From Saprolegnia diclina VS20 (lineage: Eukaryota), in assembly GCF_000281045.1 (NCBI RefSeq), contig NW_008246074.1, positions 958,433-990,358 of the forward strand: DNA of 31,926 bases, given 5' to 3'. A program made the position numbers and the translations under genes. Under the pieces are notes generated by a model. The model saw nothing but the letters and a program-made list of their open reading frames with translations. It was not told the origin of the DNA and did not search any database. Below are positions 1 through 8,739 of this stretch, piece after piece (position 1 is the stretch's first letter; each line of letters starts with the position of its first letter).

Positions 1-801
1 CCCGGGAAGCTCAACACAACCGGAATCCGGATACAGTGGTCGTCATGACCTCGGTTCGAGCTCTCGCCACATTGCAGTCTGCGCTTGGCACTGCTGCGTA
101 GCTGCTGCTACTGTCAGTCGTGACCTCACACGCTCAAGCTGGCCTTGATTGTTCGTAGCGGCCAACCGAGAGGCTCTGCTCAGCAATAGATCGTCGATGG
201 CTCTTCTGCGTCAGACGATGGCTTCGACCCAGCTTCGACCGGCGCGCGATAACGTCGAGTTGGTCGAGTTGGCCTTGCATTACAGTGCATTGCAACAGCA
301 AGCAGCTGGCGACAATGTCCACCGCGACGAGTGGCTCGGGTGTCGCGGTGACATAGACCAGGACCTCAACATATCTGCCAAATTGACGACGGCCGCTACG
401 CTCGATCGCCAGCTGCGACTTGCTTGGGGTGCATCGTCGAGCGACTCGATGCACGACCCTTTGGGACGCGGTACTCTTGAACGGGGCGAACTCAGGTCCT
501 GGTTCATACGGCAGCCCAAGCTGCGCCGCGTTCGGCGTGCCGTACTACCGACGATGCTGCAACGATCGTGGGTCGGCTGGTGGCTGCAAAAATACGTGGC
601 AGCCGCACGTCCATGCAATGGCATCAGGATAGGCGCAGTCTGTTGCGTAGACACCTCTGTAACTGGATAAATGGCGCCCTTTCTGGCGGCAGAGGGCTGT
701 ATCAACCTCTAAGAACGCATATTGCTAGGTGTAGGTGTCGAGATGGCCTTTTCATTGGTCCGTCCCTGTCTTTGCGGCGAGGGACGCCCAAGGTGGTGAT
801 C

Positions 802-817
802 GGCATTTGGCAATTTG
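802..817 (+). promoter_or_regulatory. Oomycete-type Inr+FPR core promoter element
   Basis: GGCATTTGGCAATTTG resembles the oomycete Inr/FPR consensus (GCTCATTYBNCAWTTT-like) and lies just upstream of the ATG at 824. Confidence 0.55.
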
Positions 818-823
818 CAAAAG

Positions 824-2245
824 ATGAAGGTTGTCGTCGTCGGGTCTGGCATTGGCGGTATCTCGGCCGCCTACCACCTCGCCAAGGACGAGCACGAGGT
901 CATTCTGGTCGACCGCGAAAACTACGTCGGCGGCCACACGTACGCGATCGAAGTCGATGGCGAGTCGGTGGACCTCGGCTTTATGATGTTTGGCGATTCG
1001 AACCCGAACATCAAGCAATGGTTCAAGGACTTTGGCGTCACAAAGGAGGACGGCACGACGTACAAGCGCATCCCGATGTCGCTCTCGGTCGACTCGGACG
1101 TGCCCGGCGACATGCAGTTCTCGTCGCGCAAGCCGTTTGCGTCGCTCCTCGAGCTCTTCTCGCTCAAGAAGTGGCGTGTCATCTACGACATTTACCAGTT
1201 TACTGTCGACCTCCTCACGATGCCCGTCAAGTCGAACGTCTCGACCGCCGAGTGGGCCAAGAGCAGCAAGTACTCGGAGGCGTTCTTCCGCCACTACTAC
1301 CTCCCGTTCGTCGCGATCCTCTGGACCGTCCCCAAGCACGACGTCATGGCGCTTCCCGCGTCGCAGTTTCTCCGCTGCCTCAAGACGCACTCGAACTCGC
1401 TCTACATTCCGCTCTGGCAGGTGATCATGGGCGCGATTGGCCGCCGCATGGACCGCCCCAAGCACCTCTGGTGGTACATTGGCTCGGCGTACAAGGCGCC
1501 GTTCCTCAAGTTTTTCACCGAGCACAAGGGCGTCGTCAAGACAAACGCCAAGGTTGTTGCGGTCGAGCAGGGCGGCAAGAGCGTGACGCTCGAAGACGGC
1601 GAGCGCATCGAATGCGACCATGTGGTGCTCGCTTGCCACGCTGAGGAGAGCGCGGCGCTCATGCCGTGGTCGACCAAGAACAACAACTTGATGGACTACT
1701 ACTTCCACAAGAGCCACATGTATGTGCACCGCGACGCTAGCTTCCTCTCGAACGACAAGAAGGCGTGGTCCAGCTGGAACGTGCGCATCACGGAAAACGA
1801 CGACTACATCCTCACGTACTGGATGAACCGCATCCAGCACCTCAAGACGACCCAGGACGTGTTTGTGACGATCACGCCCGGTGGCTACAAGGGCAAGACG
1901 CCGGCCAAGGACCTTCTCATTATGGACTTTCCTTGGGACCACCCGCGCCGCCTCGCCGACTGCATTCCCCAGGACGACATTCTCCAGGAGGAAGGCATTA
2001 CGCTCTCGGGCGCGTGGCTCGGCCGCGGCTTCCATGAAGACGGCTTTGTCGCTGGTCGCCGTGCTGCGTTCATCGTCAAGGATAAGGCGCACACCAAGAC
2101 CGTCTTGTACGAAGACCCGGCCAACATTGCGACGCCGCCGGTCCCGCCCTTTGGCATGCCCCTTAGCGTATCGATGTTCTTTGCGTCGGTCGCGGCTGGC
2201 GCGGCTTTTGGCGCCTTCAAGGTCGCCGAGCGCTATCTCAAGTAA
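824..2245 (+). CDS. FAD/NAD(P)-binding oxidoreductase (amine oxidase fold, COG2907-like) with a C-terminal hydrophobic tail
   Basis: Intronless ORF starting MKVVVVGSGIGGISAAYHL (GxGxxG dinucleotide-binding motif). It also has YVGGHT, VDLGFMMF, AWSSWN, TYWMNRIQHL and GAWLGRGFHEDG, all typical of COG2907. Strong GC3 codon bias. Confidence 0.9.
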   Translation: MKVVVVGSGIGGISAAYHLAKDEHEVILVDRENYVGGHTYAIEVDGESVDLGFMMFGDSNPNIKQWFKDFGVTKEDGTTYKRIPMSLSVDSDVPGDMQFSSRKPFASLLELFSLKKWRVIYDIYQFTVDLLTMPVKSNVSTAEWAKSSKYSEAFFRHYYLPFVAILWTVPKHDVMALPASQFLRCLKTHSNSLYIPLWQVIMGAIGRRMDRPKHLWWYIGSAYKAPFLKFFTEHKGVVKTNAKVVAVEQGGKSVTLEDGERIECDHVVLACHAEESAALMPWSTKNNNLMDYYFHKSHMYVHRDASFLSNDKKAWSSWNVRITENDDYILTYWMNRIQHLKTTQDVFVTITPGGYKGKTPAKDLLIMDFPWDHPRRLADCIPQDDILQEEGITLSGAWLGRGFHEDGFVAGRRAAFIVKDKAHTKTVLYEDPANIATPPVPPFGMPLSVSMFFASVAAGAAFGAFKVAERYLK

Positions 2246-2734
2246 AATGCGTACTAGTAAATAGAAAGTGCAATGTGAACGATGCGCTGTGCGCGTGCCA
2301 CGTCATTGTTCGAATTTGCCAATGAGGAGGCTTGGCGACTGGCGTCAGCAGTCGGATGGTGACGTACGATGATGATGGCAAGCGCCGACGATGGCGGTAT
2401 GGGGCAGCTGCTGTCTTCCAAGCGGCTTGCCAACGCCGCCACCCGGCAGCGTAAACACATCGAGCAACATTCAGAAGGTTGAACCCACACAGGGCAGGTA
2501 CGCTGCTTCTCGAATTCTCCACATAAGCTCTACTTTGCTTGGACTTGAACGACCTCGGAGCACTGCGGTCGGGCTCGCAAGCGATCCATGGTGGCGTTGA
2601 TGCTGCTTGGATCCCAAGCTGAGGGGTCGACGTGCTGCGATGTCCAAGCCTTCCAGCTGAAGGGTGACAGAATGGACACAATACAAGTTAGCACGAAGGC
2701 GCCCGCGTAGAAGCTTCGAGGCTAGATGCTTCGC

Positions 2735-3455
2735 TCAGCCTTGGACGAGCTTGTGCTTGAGAAGGCTGCGCATGACGCTTGGGCTAAAGTTGGGCAAGAG
2801 ACGCAGCGTCTCGGCGTCCCCAATGTGCTTGGCACCACGGATCTCGTGCCGGCACGCGGCGTCGCCGCAGTTGCACGAAAACTTCTCGTCCATGTCCCAC
2901 TCGGTCGTGTCGTAGTCAAATGTGATGTGGTCGCCTAACACGGGCATGAGTCGCCTTGCACAGGAGGTCGGTGTACCCTTGGCAATCGGCTTGATCGCGA
3001 CGAGCGTCACAGTCGGGTCCGACTCGGACATGAGGAACGAGGCGTTCGGGTTGCAGTGGTGGTTGGCGTACTGCATGCCGCCAAAGATCTCGACGTGCTT
3101 GTCCAGCGCCATTTGAATCGTAAAGCGCGTCGGCGTCGAGTACTAGATGTAGATCTGGTAAGGATCTGGTGGCCATTGCATAAAGAGCCTACCACCGTGC
3201 CGACGGTCGAGCCAATGCGGTCGTCGACCTTGAGGTCCTTAGCGGCAATGCACGAGCTGTAGCCAGGCGACCTAGCCAGCACCGAGTGAGGAGCCGCATG
3301 AAGTGCACGATGACGTACAAGGTCCGGACAAAGTACGTGTCGGTCGCGTTCTGTGGCGACGCCGGGTCCACTTGGCGCAGCGCGACAATGCTGGGGTGCG
3401 TCGAGAAGGCGCGGGCGGTGGCCGGCCGGCGGAGGGTGCGGAAGAGGATGCTCAT
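2735..3455 (-). CDS. Small SET/post-SET domain protein (putative lysine methyltransferase), 4 exons
   Basis: Introns at 3272-3318, 3143-3192 and 2935-2976 (GT-AG). The spliced product contains YANHHCNPN, ITFDY and FSCNCGDAACRHEIRG (SET plus post-SET). The N-terminus MSILFRTLRRPATARAFST resembles a mitochondrial presequence. Confidence 0.85.
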
Positions 3456-3901
3456 TGTGGTGGTAGGGAATTGAAATCTGACGACGGCGCGCATGCGAGC
3501 GAGGTCGGTGTCAAGTCAACACCCGCACACCCAGCTGGCAACCTCCAGCCTCGGCTGACTCGGCCACATCCGGATAACGCGCCAATCACGTCCCGGAACG
3601 CTTGAATGTCATCGGAACTGGCCAATCAGCGCGCCGAAGCAAGATCCGCGCCTGGCGATGTTGGGCGTTGGCGGCCTTACCGCGACGACGTAATGGACAA
3701 GGTTCAACAGCAATCAGATTCCCATCGACACTCAAGTGCACCTATTGATCGACACTGTAGCTCTGGCCAACCGAAAGATCGATTGGCATCTCTAGAATCT
3801 GGTAGCTGCATTCTAGTCTAGTTTGGCACCCAAACTACAGTCGGATACGCCCAGCTGCATGTGCCATGCGCAACAGGCGAAATATCTGAGCGCTGTTTGC
3901 T

Positions 3902-4919
3902 TTACTTGTACGTCACTTGAACGATCTCGCGAATGTTGGAGCGACAGTCGTTGCCGTTCCAGACCGTCGTCGCTACCATGTCGCCTTCGCGCGCCACGAG
4001 GTCCTTGAAGTGGTGGACGCTGCCGCCCGTGCCAAAGTAGTACGTCTTGGCCGCCACGAGCGCGACGCCGGACCGCTTCAAGTGACGCTTGATCATCTAC
4101 AGATGCTACGCTATCATCTTCACCAAGGATGCGCATGTCGTACGGCCAAGAGAGAAATCGTCACGTCCTCCGTGTAGAGCGTCTCGGCGGTCAAGACGAG
4201 GTCGTATGATGCATCTTCGTTGGCCGCCATGGCCTCCGAGACATTGGCCCAGTCGCCCGAGTAGAAGGACGCGTGATGGAGTCGGTCGCCGGCGCAGCGC
4301 ATTGTGTTCGGGATCGTTGCGAGCTCGATGACCTCGCTGTTGTAGTCGGAGAAGAGCACATGCGACGCGCCTAGTTTGCATGCCACACGTCTCGGCGTCG
4401 ACAAAATCTAGCGCGGACGTACCTTGCTGAAGCGCAAAGATGCCGGGGAGGCCGTGGCCGCAGCCCAATTCCATGACCCGGAGCCCGCAGGCGCCGATCG
4501 GAAAGTCCGCCTGGTGCTGCTGGAGGTACTCGATGAGGTCGATCGAGCACTCCCAGAGCTTGAAGCCGCCTACATTCGAGCGCAGTGAGTACGCAGACGC
4601 TGCACGACACCGACGACCTTCGTAGACGCCGGTCTCGAGATCGTGGGTCGTCAAGAGCTTTTGCAGCGCGCCCGTGTCTACGGCCATACACTTGAGCTAC
4701 TTGGACGCTGTCGGTAGGTGGTGTACTTTGCACAAAGAGCGGATGCTGCTGGTTGACGACGGCCAGGTCGGCGCCGCCGACGGTCACGGGCATAAAGTAG
4801 TCGTCGCACACCTGCAGCGAGCTCTCCGTGTGGAGCTTGGCCGGCCGCTTGGCGATCGGCGGAGGCGCGGGCGCTGCGCTGGTCGCCTCGGCGGTCTCGT
4901 CAAAGTTGAAGCGGAACAT
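3902..4919 (-). CDS. METTL18: Histidine protein methyltransferase 1 homolog (METTL18/Hpm1), 5 exons
   Basis: Introns at 4678-4726, 4570-4617, 4371-4422 and 4097-4143. Motifs MFRFNF, DLETGVYEGGFKLWECSIDL, VMELGCGHGLPGI, DYNSEV, FYSGDW, YDLVLTAETLY, AAKTYYFGTGGS and NIREI. Confidence 0.92.
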
Positions 4920-5004
4920 GCTCTCGCCGCCACGCACCAACGCCGCAAAAGGCTCAAATACTGTATTGTTCTAAATAGTGTACTCTAGTCGGTGCGCCGA
5001 CTAA

Positions 5005-6252
5005 CTAGGAGGGAATCCCGATAAGGGCAAACACCGTGGTTTGGCCGACAACGCTGCAGTAGACATGTACGTCCATCGGGTGCGACGTGTCGGTCAGCGA
5101 CCGCAAGAGCGCTTCAACAATCACCTTGTACTCGAGGCCATTCTCCGACGTCGGCGCAGCCACGAGCGACGCTGGAATATGCCCCAAGAGCCGCTCAATC
5201 GCCACGTCATGCGCGTGGACTTGGGCGCAGACACCGTGCACGTCCACGAGCTCCAGTACGAACGACTTGTATCGCCACACATCCCGCGGTTTTCCTTCGC
5301 ACTCGTGCACACAGGAGCCATAGAGGCGCGGGTATACCTCCAGCGGCGCCTCGGGCAACGTCGTCTCGCAGTGGACGCAGTACTTTTCAATGAGCTGGCA
5401 CGCGCTTTCGCGTTCCCACGCAAACGGCAATATGACGTGGCGGATGCCCACGCGTCGGAGAATGACGTGGCCGTTGAGTTCGGCGTCACTCGCGTCGTGG
5501 AAGCTATCAAACTCGAGAGAACTGGACGTGGAGGCGCCACTCTCGGGTACGTCGACCAGGTACTCGAGACGGGACTCGCCGGTCGTGTTGGCCACGAGGC
5601 ACTGCCGTGACGCGTCGAACGTGACGATGAGGTGCGTCACCCGCGCCGGCACATCGAACCGAAGCGATCGAAACGGCATTAGGTCGTTCGATAAATGGAG
5701 CAACATGCCGTCTTCCGGGCCGCTATAGAGCATGACGTAGCTTTGCGGCGCAGGCGGCAAGCACGGGCGCAGTTGGCACACGACGTGCGCAAGCATGTTC
5801 TCGCGCAAGTCCTTGATCGCAATCTCGGGAATGTTGACGTGGCCAAAGCTGCGGCCCGACGCCTCGAGTTGCCGCGTCCACTCGAGGAGTGGGAGGAGGG
5901 TGCAAAAGGACGGCGACTCGGCGCGATGCGGATCCAAAAACTGGTTGTGCCGCATGAGCGCGACGACCGAGGACGACCGCGTCAAGTGCCCTTCGACGAC
6001 ACCGCGAAAGCACTTGACGCGGAGGTTGCGAAAGGCGGCAATGTCGCCGGCCATGAGCTTCGCGACCAGTGGCGCTTCGGCGGCCCATACATGGAGCTTG
6101 AAGTACGCAACGCTTTGGTCGCCGACCCACAGAATCGTGTGTGGCTTGGCTTTGAGGCTCGTGTGTTGCACTTGGTGCACATACGTGACGACGTGGCCGA
6201 GTCGCTTGGGTGGCAGCGCGGCTAGGTCGGCAAGACTCGACGGCGCCGACAT
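5005..6252 (-). CDS. OB-fold ssDNA-binding protein with a C-terminal zinc-ribbon OB domain, SHLD2/FAM35A-like
   Basis: Intronless 415-aa ORF from the ATG at 6252. N-terminal OB signature VGDQSVAYFKLHVW...GDIAAFRNLRV. C-terminal CVHC...CVHEC...YKSFVLELVD...IERLLGHIPASLV...YKVIVEALLRSL. The OB fold is well supported; SHLD2 identity rests on recalled motif similarity. Confidence 0.7.
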   Translation of the reverse strand: MSAPSSLADLAALPPKRLGHVVTYVHQVQHTSLKAKPHTILWVGDQSVAYFKLHVWAAEAPLVAKLMAGDIAAFRNLRVKCFRGVVEGHLTRSSSVVALMRHNQFLDPHRAESPSFCTLLPLLEWTRQLEASGRSFGHVNIPEIAIKDLRENMLAHVVCQLRPCLPPAPQSYVMLYSGPEDGMLLHLSNDLMPFRSLRFDVPARVTHLIVTFDASRQCLVANTTGESRLEYLVDVPESGASTSSSLEFDSFHDASDAELNGHVILRRVGIRHVILPFAWERESACQLIEKYCVHCETTLPEAPLEVYPRLYGSCVHECEGKPRDVWRYKSFVLELVDVHGVCAQVHAHDVAIERLLGHIPASLVAAPTSENGLEYKVIVEALLRSLTDTSHPMDVHVYCSVVGQTTVFALIGIPS

Positions 6253-6275
6253 GACCTTTGTTCCAACTCGAAAAA

Positions 6276-6337
6276 CCAATCATTGGCCGCACATGGTGCA
6301 AAACGATAGCGATTGGATAAAAAGCGGCCAATCCAAT
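6276..6337. promoter_or_regulatory. Cluster of five CCAAT boxes in the divergent SHLD2-like/MAT1 intergenic region
   Basis: CCAAT at 6276-6280, 6328-6332 and 6333-6337; ATTGG at 6282-6286 and 6312-6316. Confidence 0.55.
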
Positions 6338-6781
6338 GGAAGTCAGCATTCGAATTTCGCGTGGCCGTTCTGCGTCCTTCACCGAGTGCGAAGGACGGCA
6401 GCAGCGCCGCAGCCCGACGCTTCATGGCGACGTAGCATGCAGCTTGCCAGGACGAGCAGCTCGCCATGTGCGGCGGACGCAGCGCTCGTCGATGGTCGCT
6501 ATTAGTCGCAGTACCGCCGTTAGTCTCGTCGACACCAAGCATAGCGTCCAAGTGCGTTCTCTCGGCCACACTCGTTGTATTAGCCGACCGACTAAAGTAG
6601 CTCGCACCTTGACCCCTTCAACGTCGCAAAGTGCTGAAGATTTCGCGCCACTTGGATCTTGGATCTTGCATTTTGGCGCCGTTTCTTTCAACCGGTTGGA
6701 TGAACGGTGACACCGGCTGTTTAGTCGATTGTAGTTAGTCGAAACCAACTACGATCGTCGAACCATAATTTGGGGCCGGCG

Positions 6782-7835
6782 ATGAAGACGACGGACGAGG
6801 AGTTTGCGGCCAAGTGCTGCGTCTGTGGCACGGCCGCCGACGATGACTCGAACATCCTCAACACGCGCATGAAGATCCTCATCTCCAAGTGCGGCCATCG
6901 CTAGTACGTGCGGCGGTGGCGGCGACGGCGACGACGCTCATGGCTCCTGTCGTAGCTGCGACCAGTGCGTCAAGCGCGAGTTCCAGCACCACCGCGAGAT
7001 CACATGCGCGAAACCGGGCTGCGGGAAGCCGATCAAGAAGTCGCAGCTCCAGGACAAGACCAAGGAGGAGCAGGACTTTGCCAAGGACATTGCGATCCGG
7101 AAGAAGGTGCTCAAGACGTACAACAAGACGGGCGAGGACTTCAACACGCTCGACGAGTACAACGCGTACCTCGAGGAGGTCGAGGACCTCAGTACATGGC
7201 GACGATCATCCTCGACAATGGCTCATGGATGGCTCTAGTTTTCGCGCTCTTGAGCGACGACGAGGCCGAGAAGGAGACTGCGCAAAAGAAGTGGAAGCAG
7301 TACAAGATGGAGAACGCCATCTTGATCAACGCCAACGACGCCAAGAAGGCCGAGGAAGAGCGCCGTGTCCTCCACATGATCGAGGAGCAGCAGCGCGTCG
7401 CCGACGAGCGCCGCCGCCTCCAGCAAAAAGAAGACAACAAGTTCCAAGTCGACCTCGAGCGGCAAAAGGCGCAGCTCATGGAAGTCGCGCTCGGCGAACG
7501 CGACGAGAACGACGTCGACGAGATCCTCAACCCGACGACCGCTGTGCCCATCGACCAGCCGCTCACGGCCGAGATGGAAGCGGCGATGATGGGCTTCCAA
7601 CCCGGCGTCTTTGGCGGTCCGCAGCCCATTCCCGTGCACGGTGGCAAGCGTGGCCCAGGCGCCGCCGACTCGTACACGACTCCTATCTCATGTCCTCGTC
7701 GTCTCATATTGTATGGTCAGGCGTCAGCTCCGCGCCGAGCAACAGCGCGCTGGTGGCTACGACCCGCAGGCCGCGTCCGTCCGCAACGTGGACGAAGCGT
7801 GGTGCGGCGCCTTCTACCAGCTCGGCGTCGTCTAA
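6782..7835 (+). CDS. MNAT1: CDK-activating kinase assembly factor MAT1 (TFIIH subunit Tfb3), 4 exons
   Basis: Introns at 6904-6955, 7192-7238 and 7672-7720. N-terminal RING CCVC...KCGHRYCDQC...C..PGC, then IRKKVLKTYNKTGEDFNTLDEYNAYLEEVEDLIF, a coiled coil, and a C-terminal RAGGY motif. Confidence 0.93.
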
Positions 7836-8323
7836 GCGCTCAGTAACCCTAACCTCTTAAGTCTATCCCGTGCATGTAGTATCACGCTAGCATCCACCAC
7901 GGTCCGCCACGATGACATGCCAATGCTGGCACCGTCCACCGGAACACGCCGGAACCTCGACATTTGTCGCACCAAAGTTTTGGGCGGCTCTCTACAGTTA
8001 CTTGGGCGTGCATGGTGCGGACTGGCGCTTCCTTATCCTGGGTCCGGCGTCGATAGAACCGTCGGAGCATGCCCTCGAAGTCAGCGCACAGGCGTCGGTG
8101 GTGACACACGGTGCATTCAAGCTCTTGCTGCGCCAGTGAAGGTGACACCGACGATGATGGTCGGCTTGGAAGGTAGATTTGGCGGCAAGCCGCCCTGTCG
8201 CGCGCCCGCGGGACAACGTTCGAAATTATTTCCCGCCTTTCTAGCCGATATTGGCTCTCTGCGAGAAGCTCACTTTGCCTTTTCACTGCCAAGTGCAACT
8301 TGAGCTTCCACCTGCCATTTGAC

Positions 8324-8548
8324 ATGCCGTGCGCATTGGCCATCGAGACAACGTACCTCCACATGCCGACGTCAACGCGCAGTCCGCCCGCGTCGCCCAA
8401 GACCTCCCGCCGTGCACGCCTCCAATCGCTCGACGAGAGCCCGGCCATGCTCTTGCAAGCCAAGCAGCGAAAGGCTCTCGAGGCCAACCCGGCATTCCGC
8501 CAGCTCATGCGACCGGTCCGCGCGGCCAAATGGACGTTGCTGCCGTAG
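8324..8548 (+). CDS. Hypothetical 74-aa basic microprotein
   Basis: ATG-to-TAG ORF with coding-like GC3 bias, an upstream Inr-like GCTCACTTTGCCTTTT (8268-8283) and ATTGG (8250-8254), and an AT-rich downstream region. No domain recognised. Confidence 0.45.
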   Translation: MPCALAIETTYLHMPTSTRSPPASPKTSRRARLQSLDESPAMLLQAKQRKALEANPAFRQLMRPVRAAKWTLLP

Positions 8549-8739
8549 TGAATGGGCTGCCTTTTTTATTTAGATCTCGACTATCCATGCTATATACACT
8601 GCTCGTATGACACTGTTGTACTCGTTGGCGGCCTAGTACGGGGCGCGCAGCTTAGTCGTCTTAGTCGCAGGGTATCCGGATACGACGGCAAAGCGGATGC
8701 GATCGGACGCCCAGCGTACTGCGATATCCGGCGTTTACG

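Noticed and set aside
149..670. 173-aa plus-strand ORF at the window start
   Set aside because: No recognisable domain and weak codon bias compared with the real genes. It could be a remnant but cannot be supported.
752..2092. Long antisense ORFs (also 8866-10527, 15006-17255, 19267-20070 and 20117-21376)
   Set aside because: Shadow frames caused by high GC3 codon bias of genes on the opposite strand or in another frame.
2300..2720. Short ORFs downstream of the flavoprotein gene
   Set aside because: Under 80 aa in several frames with no motif and no consistent splice model.
7844..7854. Telomere-like TAACCCTAACC (also GGGGTTAGGGG near 30192)
   Set aside because: Fewer than two full units, so not distinguishable from chance.
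7882..8216. Minus-strand frame with two CxxC motifs (CTVC, CDKC) suggesting a zinc ribbon
   Set aside because: No convincing nearby start, poor codon bias, and its upstream part overlaps the better-supported micro-ORF. Probably chance.
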